The notes under the pieces are model-generated. The model made no database searches and was not told the DNA's origin. It saw only the letters and a list, made by a program, of their open reading frames with translations. 64,000 bases of DNA from Calcarisporiella thermophila CBS 279.70 (lineage: Eukaryota > Fungi > Calcarisporiellomycota): assembly GCF_041956535.1 (NCBI RefSeq), contig NW_027192192.1, forward strand, positions 1,149,980 through 1,213,979, in the 5' to 3' direction. Positions within the stretch are counted from its first letter, which is position 1. Each line of letters starts with the position of its first letter. A program made the position numbers and the translations under genes. Below are positions 49,544 through 63,300 of this stretch, piece after piece.

Positions 49544-52464
49544 ATGAACTTCGGCTTAACCCGCGCAAAAACCACAGCAATGGAGCCTCCTCCAATCCCT
49601 ACCTCTCCGAGCACCCGTCCCCTGGCTGGCCGGCGATCGACGGGCCTCAGTCGCATGTCAAACCGATATTCAGTGAATGCGCTGTATTCGATGGCGGCAG
49701 AACGTGATGTTGAAGTGGAAGATGATCTCGCAAGGGCGCAAAAACGCTTGCGCGAGCTGAAATCGAAGATCTCGTCGCAATCAAAAAAGAATTTCGTTCT
49801 GGAGCGAGATGTCAGGTATTTGGATTCGCGCATTGCTCTGCTGATTCAAAATCGAATGGCATTGGATGAGGTAATGCTCCCATCATAGTTGAATGGAATG
49901 CTCCTTAGCAATTCAGGATATTAACCTCTCTATCTTCTTGCCTTCCCGCTGACTTTTTTTTTTGGTTAATAGCAAAACGCTGTTTCTGAGCATCTAGATG
50001 ACACCGAGGCGGAGGACGATAGTTACTTCCCAGATGATAAACGATTGCAACAATTCAGCAATTTCTTCTTTATGCTACAAACTGAACCGCGTCATATTGC
50101 AACCCTCTGCCGGCTAGTCAGCTTAGCGGAAATTGACACTCTGATGCAAACGGTGATGTTCACCCTCTATGGAAACCAATACGAGTCGCGAGAAGAGAAT
50201 TTGCTACTCACCATGTTCCAGGTATGTAGATTCCTCATGCTAAAATTTTCTATTCTGCTTGCCATTTTGCTGAATTGCTTTGCTCTTAGTCGGTTTTGGC
50301 CGCGCAGTTTGAAACTGCCACTGAATTCGGCTCGTTGCTGCGAGCTAACACGCCTGTATCGCGCATGATGACAACCTATACTCGGCGCGGCCCTGGACAA
50401 GCTTACCTCCGGAATGCGCTTGCTGATCGCATAAATAAGCTGATTGAGCATAAGGATCTGAATTTGGAGATAAATCCCCTCAAGGTATAGTTTGCAATCT
50501 GGAATGTCTATTTGCGCCTCCTTATCATTTTGAAATGGGTTCCTGCTTTAATTAGGTGTATGAACAAATGATCAACCAAATCGAAGAGGACACTGGCACT
50601 CTTCCACCAGAGCTTCCCCGCAGTGTGCCCGCTGAGGTTGCTGCCGCTAACGCCGATGTCCAGTCCATCATTGCTCCGCGTGTGAAAATGCTTATGGAGA
50701 TAGCCGACACATTCCTGAATGACATCCTTGCGTCCACTGACGTAATCCCCTACGGAATTCGATGGATCTGTAAGCAGATCCGCTCATTGACAAAGCGCAA
50801 GTACCCTCAGGCCAGCGATTATGCAATCTGCTCGTTAATTGGCGGCTTCTTCTTCCTCCGCTTCATCAACCCTGCAATTGTAACGCCCCAAGCGTACATG
50901 CTAATTGATGCAACTCCTACAACCCACCCGCGAAGGACCCTCACTCTGGTATGTGATTTGGACTATTATATTGTAAAAACACGACGATGGCTGATCCTCT
51001 CCCCTCTCCTCTCTTCATTGTTATATGATTTAGATCGCCAAGCTCCTTCAAAACCTCGCAAACAAGCCGTCTTATGCCAAAGAAGCCTACATGTTCGCAC
51101 TCAACCCTTTCGTTGAAAATAATAAAGCTCGCATCAACAAGTTTTTGAACGGGCTGTGCGAGGTTGGCGACTTTTACGAGACCCTCGAACTCGACCAATA
51201 CATTGCACTATCCAAGAAGGATCTCAATATCAACATCACCCTCAATGAGATGTACAACACCCATGCCTTAGTACATCAGCACCTCGACGAGCTTGCTCCC
51301 TCCGACAAGCATAACCTGCGCCTGTTGATGAATGAAATGGGCCCGCCTCAAGCTCAGGTCCCACGACGTCATAACAAGACTATTGAGTTGCCGTTGTTTA
51401 GTCGATGGGAGACACCCATCCAAGGTAATTAACCCATTCCCCGCTGCTCGCTCATATTTTCGACTAATTCAATTCCAATATTTTTTTTTTATTCTGCCGC
51501 TTAGACTTGACAACGGCGCTTATGTCCGAGAGCAACATCACTCAAAACGACATTCTCTACATGGAAACCAAAGCTATCTTCGTTCAATTGATTCGATTGA
51601 TGCCGCAGTTTGCTCAGCGTTCTCCGATGGACCTACAGTTGATTGCAGAAACGGCGGCGACCTCTTCCAAGGACTCGACTCTTGTACGCAAGGGGATCAA
51701 GGTAAAGGAAATGCTGCGCGAATTGGAAGAAGTGGGCATCGTCGAGCGCCGTGATGGCTATGGGCTTTTGGTGGACGAAATTGCACAAGAGCTGGCACAT
51801 TTGGGCAACATGCGTGAAAAAGCCCAGGCGGAGATTGGAAGCTTGGAGTCTGTGTACAAGACCATTTGTGACCACAACGAATACTTGCGTAGCCAGCTGG
51901 ATACATACAAGTCGTATCTCCAGAACGTCCGGATGCAGTCTGGTGGGGATGTGAACAGCGGGGTTGGGGTGATCAGCGTTGGGAAAAAGCAGAAGCCGGT
52001 GAAGCAGAAGAACCAGGTGCTAGGGCCATACAAATTTACGCATCAACAGTTGGAAAAGGATGGCATCATCGGCGAGAGCAATATCCCCGAGAACCGGTAC
52101 GCCTTACCGTTTTTTGAAGCTTACCAGGAGGAATGGCACATGCTGATTGCTCACTCTCTTTACTATAGGCGAACAAATATCTATTTTGCCATCACGTCTC
52201 CCCTTCCTGGAACCTTTATCATCGGACTGCATTACAAGAGTCGTGACAAGCCGATTCTGGAACTGGATCTCAAACTGGACGATCTTTTGGAAAAGGTATG
52301 ACATCTCCCTGTTGAATGCATCCCTGAGTTGGGCCTCTAACCGTGTTGAACGCTCCCATTAGCAACAAGATCATGTTGAGCAACTCGATCTCGAGTATGT
52401 ACAGTTAAATGTGACAAAACTTCTCCAACTCCTCAACAAGACCTTTATTCGCAAACACAGGTGA
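49544..52464 (+). CDS. Ras GTPase-activating protein (Gap1/GapA-like, RasGAP + RasGAP_C)
   Basis: [54 protein letters not shown]. The start may instead be ATG 49580. Confidence 0.93.
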
Positions 52465-52893
52465 ACGGTTGGCTCTATTATGTTCAACTTTTTTTTTTGT
52501 TTTTTCTATATGCGTGAGTTTTTGTGTAGAGTCGGCATTTTATTATAAATATATATATATTTTTATTATTATTTTATTATTATTTTTTTCTCTTTAGGGT
52601 TATTTTTGTATAACTTCCGCTCTTTGTTTAAAAAATTATATATATTTCTTTATCTTTGGCTAATGCATACAATTATTATGATGTGTTTACTTTTTTTCTC
52701 TTGGTTTTTCTTTTTTCTCTCTCTCTCTTTTTATAAGTTAATTTTATTATAATAATTAAATTAAGGATAAACAGATTTTGCACATAATCCTGTATTAGAT
52801 CCAAGCAATGCAAATGATGAGCGAGAGATAAACGTGGGAGATAACAATGGGGAATGAGGAGCCCGGTAACATCAAAAAGGCCGGCTAAGCGTT

Positions 52894-54006
52894 CTAGAGG
52901 AGCAAACTATCATATCCATACCTAAAGCAAATGGTTTTATTAATTAGTGAAACGAACCACACTCTTGGGCTTGGGGGTCGAATGATGGCATTCTTACGCA
53001 ATGATCCCTTCCATGTAGCAGGCGAGCACCAGCCCTGCGCCTATTTGCGAGACGGGGCTGTCGAACCGAGTGAAGAATGCAAGAGTGTAAAAGATTTGCC
53101 AGTGATGAAGGTGGATGCCAACTGATGGGTGCTGGCTTTCAAACACAAGAGCCTCACCTCCGCCTTGCGATTGCGCTTGCTCGCTAGCATCAGCTTGTGC
53201 TTGGGATTGGGGCGATCCCGCATTATCCTGAGCTTTCGAGTCCTTTTGTAGCCAACGCCGGTTCCTCAGCATGTGCCAACGCCGACGAAACGGCCCGCTT
53301 ATGCCCACCGTATTCTGCTCTATCTTGGCCAGAATAGCCCCCACGAAGATTACAGCAGGGACAGCGAGTGCGGCCACATAGAGCCCTAGGAATAACCCCC
53401 CACCCTCAGTCCAAGCCAGATAGATGTGGAAGGCAGCAAAAGCAAGTACAATTCCAAGGGCGGTCAAAAAGAGAATCCACATAGGAGTGCTCCAGGTTCG
53501 GAAGGTCGGTAGAGAAGTTTTGGTGAAGGACACCTGCGAGATCAAAAAATACCCCAGGACCATCAGGTAAAAGACCACAAACGTCACCCAGCTACCAGGG
53601 GGAAGTATGGAGATATAGATTTAGGCCAATGGTTGAAAAATGGTTCAGGAAAACGAAGATATCCTTGCTAACCTCTGGGCAAAGGTGTAGTTGCCAAACA
53701 CAAAGACTACCAACCCATACATTAACGCCTTTCTCACATCTAAGGGAAAAAAAAAAGAAAGAATTTGAACGCAAATCTACCATTACATCTCTATAATTCA
53801 GAAAAAGGCTCCCTACCCTCAAAATGTCGAGAAGGGCTTTTGTTCGCCCGCTCCCAATCGAAATAGCACGCGAGCGACCAGAAGAGAGGATAAGGGAGAA
53901 GCACTGTTAGGCAAATGAAGAGAATGAATGGAATGAAATCAAATGAAGCAAGCCATGGCTGAGAAGCAAAAGGACAAGTAGGAGGGGAGAACTCCACTGG
54001 AGCCAT
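52894..54006 (-). CDS. Conserved fungal multi-pass membrane protein of unknown function
   Basis: Several TM segments; C-terminal IHLHHWQIFYTLAFFTRFD...YMEGIIAYGYD after splicing. Confidence 0.7.
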
Positions 54007-54216
54007 GATTTGCAAATTGAAGGTGTGGAACTGGCTAGAGCTTTATAGTCTGAAGCCCACTGAACTAAAGATAATTTCTTTAATTAATTTTGGGTTGTCG
54101 CACATGAGATCATTGGCAAGTGGCTTAGATTGTAAACAAGAGAGTCACTTCATCCAAAATGACTTGTTGGATTGATCGTTTGCTAGGAATTCACCATTAA
54201 CTAAGTTCTGGACGCC

Positions 54217-54516
54217 ATGAAGAGCCGTGTGCTTCGTGACATCAATGCCCGCGCTACCGTAGCTTCAAATGAGCTGCTTCGCCAGGCTTATAGGCACATC
54301 ACACGCAATGAGACATTGCCAGCCCGAGTTAGATATCAAGCTCAACTTGCACTAAACAATTTCCCTCGCGCCGCTGCACCTTCTGCAATAAAGAATCGAT
54401 GCTTGGAAACGGGCAAGGGACGAGGTGTTCTCAGAGACTTTGGCCTGTGTCGATTCCAGTTTCGAGTTAAGGCACTCATGGGTGAAGTGCCTGGAGTGAG
54501 GAAAGCCTGTTGGTGA
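54217..54516 (+). CDS. MRP2: Mitochondrial ribosomal protein uS14m
   Basis: IKNRCLETGKGRGVLRDFGLCRFQFR...GVRKACW. Confidence 0.93.
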   Translation: MKSRVLRDINARATVASNELLRQAYRHITRNETLPARVRYQAQLALNNFPRAAAPSAIKNRCLETGKGRGVLRDFGLCRFQFRVKALMGEVPGVRKACW

Positions 54517-55027
54517 TTTCAACTCTTGTTTTATTTGGCAATGCCTTTCCTTCTCCCTCCCGATATGATTCCTCTTATTCTGTAACATGTAATTGTGATT
54601 TTTTTTTGTTTTGGACGACTAAAATGAATTTAGATCATCTCAATCGCTTGCGAAAATAAATATTCCATCGAAAATTTACTAGCTATCTGTTCATTCTATA
54701 CTCTACTACATTGTTAACGGAGTAAGATAACTATACCCCAGGGTTACTTGGGAGTTTGGCAATATAATACTGTTTTTTTGAGATGTTGTATTAGATGCGT
54801 TAACAACGCAAGGGAAGTTCATTGAAATACCGGAACCTCAATAGAGCAATATCAAACCAGTGGGAAGGGAATTTAGTATACTATGTTACTTAATAAGTTT
54901 TTTTATAATTATGTTTGAACCATGTATGTGCATTCAACATAGGTGTATATAGATATAACGTGAAAAACACAGACAGAATTATCGCAGTAGGAAATAAAAA
55001 CGATAAAAAATAACACTTGCACCTAAA

Positions 55028-55859
55028 TCACCTTGGAACGGGACTAGCACTTCTCCTCCTTGACCCAAGTCTGTCTGAAATTCTATTAGTGTTTCCACGA
55101 TTTGACATGGAGTGAGGAGGTCGTACAAATGCAAAGTCGCATGCCAACTCGATATCCAACAGTTTTGTACCGTTGGTAGCGTCAATGGCGGATTTGGCTT
55201 CCTTGTAGGTTTCGTATTCGATCAGTGCGTATCCCTATTTAGAGTAGCAGAACACTCTCAATACAAGTTCAAAAGTTTTAAAGTAGCAATGGGCTTGATG
55301 CTAGTTCATTTCTGTACCTTGACGAATCCTGTGCGTCGATCAAGATTGAGATGCAAATTCTGAATCTGTCCATACTCTCCGAACTTATCCATCAGATCTT
55401 CCTCGGATGCTTCTTCGTGAACTCCCGTGACCAAGACAATCCATCCCTCAATTGCTATTGTTAAATTGAATACTAGTTAAGAATAGGCATTGCAATATAC
55501 ATTGTGTAAAAATGGAATAGTTACAGCGCTGAGCTCTCTCTTCGATTTTGTTATCTGTATCCATTGTATCGTATGTCTCAGAGCTTCGGACACCGTCTCG
55601 CCGAGCTATCAGTATTATCAAGTGCAACTTTTAGCCGCCATTAAGAGGTAAATGCTAGGAAATAATAGGAAAAGATCCAGGACATACATGAAGCTTGCTC
55701 AAATCCCCTTCCCCTACGAATTATACGGTTTTGATTTTCGACTCTCCCTGTTATAGGATTTTACAGGGTCAAATATGCTATTAAAATTAACGTGCAGGAT
55801 GTCTTGCAATTCCCTCTTTTACCTTCATCTACAGCCATATCTGTGTCACGATCCGCCAT
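55028..55859 (-). CDS. RBM8A: Exon-junction complex RNA-binding protein Y14
   Basis: [56 protein letters not shown] tail. Confidence 0.95.
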
Positions 55860-56019
55860 GGTTATTGGAATGGTTAGAATATATTCGATAATTTAATTTT
55901 TTTTCTATTACTTTTTTCAATCAACACTTTTGTGACGCGTATGTGACGTTGCCACAGGGTTTCATGGTGTAATCAAAATTCAGCTTTTGCATCTCTAAAA
56001 AATCAAAGTCGTTATAAAG

Positions 56020-56910
56020 ATGAACTCCAAGAGAATAAAAGTATTGATATATATTGATGGATTTGCTGATTGCCGAGGCTTCTAACACGCTCGTTTAAAT
56101 TTAGGGAGTGAGCGTAATCCGCCCAATTGTCTATGGAAACTTATCTGTTCCCTTGACCACGAAGAAAGCACAAGATCCAGATCATACGCACAAGTGGACG
56201 GTCTCAGTTCGAGGCGCGAATAATGAAGACATAAGCCATTTTGTTAAAAAGGTTGTATTCAAACTGCATGAAACCTATCCTAATGCAACACGAGGTAATT
56301 CTCTTTTCTTAAACATTATAATGCATACAAACTCCAGCGATTATTTTTGGATAGTAATCGAATCGTCTCCATTTGAGTTATCCGAAACTGGTTGGGGCGA
56401 GTTTGAAATAGTGATTAAGATCTACTTCAATCCTCTTTCGGGAGAAAAGCCTGTGACACTGTATCATCATTTACGGCTACATCCATACACGGAAGATGCT
56501 CTTCTCGCTGGGCAGAATAGCATACAAAAAATGAAATCGGTAGTGAGTTACAACTATGATGAAATCGTACGTACTTTGATTTGAACTTGAGGAGAAGGGC
56601 ATTGCTGAGACACCATTTCATTAGGTGTTCAATGAGCCGACGGAAGAATTCTACGAAGTTCTACTGAAAAACACAAATTCGCTGCTTCCTGCGAAGCGAA
56701 CCCCAAATCAGCCATATTGTCTGTTTCTACTCCTTGCTAAACTTCAGGCATTTATTTTACTAATTGTTTTTCCTCAATAATACAGGTACACAGACGGAGC
56801 AGGAAGAGATTGAGCGGCTCGATGCTGCTATCAGAAAGGTTCAAGAGCAACAGGCTTCTATTAAAGAGCGGCTACTGGCTGCGGAAAGAGAGTTACAGCA
56901 ACTAAAGTAA
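56020..56910 (+). CDS. YAF9: YEATS-domain protein Yaf9
   Basis: RPIVYGN, HTHKWTVSV, FKLHETY, ETGWGEFEI, YDEIVFNEP, C-terminal coiled coil. Confidence 0.95.
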
Positions 56911-58172
56911 CTAGAAGATAGAGGATGATTGTAAATAGTGCTTGTATTTGTTAAATACCAATTATTTTTTCAATTGATGATAAGTATTTGTTTCATCTAA
57001 ACTGATCTGAGAATAAGGAAAGAAGGACAAGATTAAAATAACCAAGTTACCCAATGCAAAGATTTTAGCTGAACATATTATGGGAATTGGGATGATAGCC
57101 AAAAGAAAATAAACAGGATGTGTATTGCACTATTAAGAAAGTTTTACACGTGCTCTAATTCGCTGAATGTGTAAACCGATTCATAAGTTTTGCAATAAAA
57201 AGGGCATGAAATAGCAATATTGCAAGATTCGATATCAAAAGCAATTATTCAGGTTCAGATACAGCGAGCGATATACTGCAAACGAGAATATCGTAGTGAA
57301 TGGCTAGGTAATTAGCCAAAATCTTTCAATATCACAATGAAAAATATAAAAGGCGGTATCACCAATTTTAAGTTAAAGACATCGAGCCGAAGAGCAAATA
57401 CACAGATGCATTTGGCGATGTTTTCAGCTAATTATTATTGATAAAAGAACAACAAAATTTTGTCAATAGCAACCGTACGACAACTGACTGCTATATAAAG
57501 TGAAAATAAGCTCTTCCATATGAGTTTAATGAGAGTCCATAGGAAAGGCCGAATTTTGAAGCTATAGCTATTTTAGTATCTTTTTTTTACGTTAAAGAGA
57601 TAAGCTGTCAGACTTCGCATCCGCCCTCGCCAGGTGCTTGGAAATGAACACCGGCAAGTTCATCAATGAAGAAGCAACTGGACTTTAACCAGAGAGCTTC
57701 TTCCGCTTCCCTTTACGGGCAGTGCGATACCACTCATCGACCAGCTTAAACTGTGTGTCTATGTTGGAAAACAAAGACAAAGGTTAACAACTGTATACAG
57801 ATCCTGTAAAGTACAGTCGATGAGAAAACTAACTTTGCCCGCTTCTAGCTTTAATTTATAGGTTTTGGATAGCGGAGACTGAAATCTGGAGATATGGTAT
57901 TTCAATTTTTTAATTTTTCAATGCACAACCGTATTTGGTTCAACAGAGCGGACAACCAGCTGTAAGTTGTAATAGGAGAGTAAATCAATAAATATCGATT
58001 TAAATTCCTAAGAGAAAAGTTACGATTATCAAAATATACTGAGAATAGTGACTAGCTACAACCAAAAGAATAAAAATAAAGCGCTGTGCATTATATTAAG
58101 AAGCTAATTCACATTTATTGTGGTTCCCTAAGTACAGCTTATTGGATTTAATATTCACGTTTATAAACACTC

Positions 58173-60735
58173 CTAATCTCCTCCTCCTCCTCCTCCGCCC
58201 CCGCCTCCACACCCCCCTCCACCACCTCCGCAGCCTCCCCCTCCACCGCCGCATCCTGCACTACCACATCCCGCACTACCACATCCCGCACTACCACATC
58301 CTGCACTGCCACATCCTGCACTGCCACATGCTCCTCCCGAACCTGCTATGAACAAAATCCAAAGGAAATGTATAAGTATCAATGCAAGAGGCTGTTGTAA
58401 ATAAACTCAATACCAAGTGCAGGACCCCAGCCAGCACCACATGCGGTTCCGACAAATATAGGGTACACTACTCCACATAATTCACGGTTAGCCTATATTG
58501 CAGAAACAATATAAATGCAAAGACTCACTTGGCATAAATCCGTAGTAGGAGGCAGCGGCGCCACACATCAAAGAACTATTTCAAACAATAACTGAGTTAT
58601 ATATATATGAAACACTAATAATTGTCATATTTGAGCTTACTCTCTGTGAGTAGACCCATCTCCATGTTCACGGGTCGCGTCGAGTTGTGAACTATACCGC
58701 GGCAATAACCCAGGGTGGTAATATCTACCAGTAAAGTCGGCTCCAGCTGGACCCCTCCATGGCTGGTTCCCCACCTGGCAAAGCTCAATAGTCTGTGCAT
58801 CCTCACCTATAGGCTGGTTTGCATTCAACACTGGGCTACATGACTTNNNNNNNNNNNNNNNNNNNNNNNNNNNNNNNNNNNNNNNNNNNNNNNNNNNNNN
58901 NNNNNNNNNNNNNNNNNNNNNNNNNNNNNNNNNNNNNNNNNNNNNNNNNNNNNNNNNNNNNNNNNNNNNNNNNNNNNNNNNNNNNNNNNNNNNNNNNNNN
59001 NNNNNNNNNNNNNNNNNNNNNNNNNNNNNNNNNNNNNNNNNNNNNNNNNNNNNNNNNNNNNNNNNNNNNNNNNNNNNNNNNNNNNNNNNNNNNNNNNNNN
59101 NNNNNNNNNNNNNNNNNNNNNNNNNNNNNNNNNNNNNNNNNNNNNNNNNNNNNNNNNNNNNNNNNNNNNNNNNNNNNNNNNNNNNNNNNNNNNNNNNNNN
59201 NNNNNNNNNNNNNNNNNNNNNNNNNNNNNNNNNNNNNNNNNNNNNNNNNNNNNNNNNNNNNNNNNNNNNNNNNNNNNNNNNNNNNNNNNNNNNNNNNNNN
59301 NNNNNNNNNNNNNNNNNNNNNNNNNNNNNNNNNNNNNNNNNNNNNNNNNNNNNNNNNNNNNNNNNNNNNNNNNNNNNNNNNNNNNNNNNNNNNNNNNNNN
59401 NNNNNNNNNNNNNNNNNNNNNNNNNNNNNNNNNNNNNNNNNNNNNNNNNNNNNNNNNNNNNNNNNNNNNNNNNNNNNNNNNNNNNNNNNNNNNNNNNNNN
59501 NNNNNNNNNNNNNNNNNNNNNNNNNNNNNNNNNNNNNNNNNNNNNNNNNNNNNNNNNNNNNNNNNNNNNNNNNNNNNNNNNNNNNNNNNNNNNNNNNNNN
59601 NNNNNNNNNNNNNNNNNNNNNNNNNNNNNNNNAATCGCGGCTTGCCCTCAAATATTCGATTGTATCAGCGCGTCTCTCTCTAATTTTCTCCCAATTACAG
59701 TAGCTGGGGTCATTGGTAGCAGTGCGTTTGAGATCCTGCATAGGGCAATTGTAGGCACGAAAGAGATAGGCGTATTCTTCGTTAATTAAATCATAATCAG
59801 GGAGACCAGTTTTTAGGTCAAGTAATGTGCCTCTAATCAAGCAGAAAAATGTGCGTGCATTGTAGATGAGTATAAAATCGAGTGACAATAATTTGCTATT
59901 GGCTTACGCTATAATGGTATTTGTAATATCCTCAAGAAAGCGCCAGGCACTGAGATTATCTGCACTAAGTCGACAAAGACAGCCAGTACAATTGAAGCTT
60001 GTACCCTTCGTAGTTTTCACCATGACAAAATCCTTCCTAGTAGTCATACTCAGTGGTTTTGCAATAGGATAAAGCTAATAAATCGATGGGGATACTCTAC
60101 CAGGATAGAGTAGTTGTTGTCCTGCACCAAGGACATTGAACTTGGTGCTTTATCTTATCGATGTTTCTCTCGTCAAGTATATATGGCTCATTTGTGTTCT
60201 GCTCCCAAAACCGAACTGCTTCCGGATCCATGTAGTTTAGATCGGTGGCAATAGCCTCATGCTGTTGAGACCCACATCAGCACAACTCTTAGCGCGAGAA
60301 ATTTGAAAATGCATCCATACCAAGGCTTCCAGTGGAAAATTAATCTCAATCGCATCCATCTTGTAGAGTCGAACCATATCCTCAGCATATCGAAAGGGAG
60401 AGAGCATGTGAGCATGCCACACAAGTGCGACATCTATGGGGAACACCCATACATAAGCATTAACAATACGCATCTGAGAAATGAATAACCTGAGACATAC
60501 CCCAAGGAGGGAGTGGAAGCGGATTCGGTTTCAACTTGTGGATGATTTGCATCCAGAGAGTGTAACGGTATTCTGCTCTATTCAGGTATAACTTGTCGAG
60601 TTCTTCATTATCCTGGATAGCCATCTGGTAGAACTTATGCAGGCACGCTAAATGCATGTGCAGCGACTGTGGAGTCACGACTTCATCTACATTGGTGGTA
60701 ATTTTTGGAGCGTCGGGAGGTAATTTATGATCCAT
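58173..60735 (-). CDS. Glycine-rich-domain (GRDP/DUF1399-like) protein, copy 1, spanning a gap
   Basis: LNRAEYRYTLW..PLPP(W)DVALVWHAHMLSPFRYAED; C-terminal (GCGSA)n-Gly tail. Confidence 0.75.
58847..59632. other. Assembly gap (N-run) inside GRDP copy 1
   Basis: Run of N. Confidence 1.
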
Positions 60736-62054
60736 TTGATAATAATATAGTTTTAAAAGAGAACTGTCTCAGAGTTTAGAACTTATATAGCTATGATGAG
60801 CGTGTATACTGCAAGGTGTGATGCCACAACAATTGTGGCAAGGTGGAAAGCTAAAGCCAAATAAGGTTTCTTTTATACTAAATGAATGAAAACCGTAATG
60901 GTCATAAATTGATTGAAGGATATATGAATTTAGGATCTGATCTAGGCTCCGAAGAGAATCGAGATACTTTTTACCTTGCGAAACATACATGACGTAGAGA
61001 GACGGCATTTCGCTTTATTCTATACGCAAAGGCCAGTTATCCAGGCTCCACTTCTCACGTGGAATCAAAAGATGGCTTAACAGCAATGATTTTATTCTAT
61101 GAAGTGGATATTGGCATGATGTGATGAGGCTATACGGGATTTAAGAACCTATTTTATGCAGCGGATTAATAATAGAATCTTTCTCAAAATGTTAATTAGG
61201 CTGAAGAGGCAAATGTGGCAGTTCAACTCCATAGTTTCCACGGAGCATTATCAAACTGCTTTCTTTACCTAATTTCGTTATTATGTATAAGGACTATGGA
61301 AATAAAGTTGGGGAGAACTAGTCGGAGAAACTGCGAAAAATGAATATTCTTTTGTTCTCTTTCCTCTGATTTGAAATGCTTCATATGTTTGCGGTGGTTT
61401 GCAACAATCCATGTCCGATAAACACGCTTTCAACAAAATTTACTGACCATCACTACTTGAAAAATCGGTAATTTAAACGATTAGTTGACATTCTATTAAA
61501 AATAATACTAATTAAGATCAGCGTAAACAAATTTCGTGTCAAAGAAATGCATGGACATGGTGACAAGTAGAAGCCAGTAACACTGATTAAATAGAGACAA
61601 GATGAGCAGATTATAAGGGCTAGTTAACATGTTCAATCACGTGATATATGATAGCGTTTTCGTGGTGAAACGATCCAGACTGGCAGCATCGATTTTCAAT
61701 AATGTACACATCTGTGCTGGTCTGATCAAGTAAATGCATAAGGACGATTGATTAGTAAGCATCAGGCATTAGCCGGCAATAGGGGAAACGTGGAGAGACG
61801 CTAAGTTTTGTCAATGGTTGGTAAGTGAATTAGAGAGAGGGCGCCTGGGAGGTCACCTCGCTTATAGAGAGCTCCCTTTAACTCACAATTTCTTAACTGA
61901 AAATGAAAAATAAAGAGGAAATATAAAGGTGCAAAAACAAGGAGACAACGTAATGTTATAGAGCATCCGTAAATAGCTTAAAAATATGTTGGCTGTTTCA
62001 TTCATGTTATAATTCCGTATAGGATATATGGACCAAATGAACAAAGCTGGGTGG

Positions 62055-62746
62055 TTACGAACACCCACCACCACCACCACCACCACCACCACCACTACCA
62101 CCATCACAACTACCTCCTCCACAGCTATCTCCAGAGCAGTCTCCGCCACGTCTACCTCTCCTACCGCTGCCGCACCCTGCACTACCACATGGTCCTTCCG
62201 AACCTGTAATTAACAAAAATCAAAGGAAATGTAAAAGTATTAAAGTAAAAGTTGCTGTTGCAAATAAACGTCCTAACCATAAAATAGTGGATCCCAGATT
62301 GAACAGCCTGCAGTGCATGCGGTTCCAGCAAATATTGGATACATTTTACCCCATATATCACGGTTAGATAATAATGCAGAAACCATAGGTGTAGTGTGTG
62401 ATACTCACTTGGAATAAACCTGTAGTAAGAGGCAGCACCACCATTCAAAGAGCTGTGCCAAAAAAAAACTCAGTTATCCAGATTTGAAATATGAATAGCT
62501 AAAGATTCGACATATTTTAGGGCTTACTCTCCGCGATCAGACACAACTCCTCGGTGATTCGCCCTCTTTGCCCGGAATATACTGCAGCAATAGTCCTGGG
62601 TGGTAATATCTACCAGTAAAGTTAGCTCTAGCTGGACATCTCCATGGTTGATTCATCACTAAACGAAGCTCAATAGTCTGTGTATTCTCCCCTATAGGCT
62701 GGTTTGCATTCAACACTGGGCTGCACAACTTCTTTAGTTGTTTCAT
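62055..62746 (-). pseudogene. Truncated GRDP-like paralogue (3' exons only, premature stop)
   Basis: Homologous to 58173-58840 and 63301-64000 (LNANQPIGE..QPWR..FTGRYYHPGLL). TGA at 62537-62539; no homologous N-terminal region upstream. Confidence 0.65.
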
Positions 62747-63300
62747 TCTGTAGGGAGGAAATACACAAGCTGCAAATATGCGCTCTGGACACTTGAACTG
62801 CTTGACGAGATCATCGGTTGTGTATGGCTAGTCGATTTTCAATATAAATACTCTTGTGTCGCATTTACCACCGGCACAGGTCAAAAAGCCAGGGCCTATC
62901 CGGCAAACTGGATTATCATACTGGGTGAAAAGGTAAGAGTGGAAAACATTCGCCAACGATGGGAGAGAAACCCTTCCGCCCCGTGGACAATATTATCCGG
63001 CTATATTGTCGGTGTACAGAAGTGTATATTTTTAGTTATAAGGTTGGGAAATGAATTAGAGAAGAGAGTGAGGGGCTGGGGAACTCCTTTCTCGTAAAGA
63101 GGGGTATAATAATTATTTATTTCTAAACTGTAGACCAAATAATACAGTAAATCCGCAGGCAGAATGACGAGGAGCAATATAATAGAGCAATTGTAGGCGA
63201 TTTATTGACTATTTCAAAATGATTGTGATGCTGCATAAGATACATGGATTAAATGTACAATGGTGGACGGTTGCGGACATCCACCACTACCACCATCGCT

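Noticed and set aside
57600-57900. Coding-like GC-richer patch with possible splice sites
   Set aside because: I could not build a start-to-stop gene or recognise a domain; possibly a gene relic.
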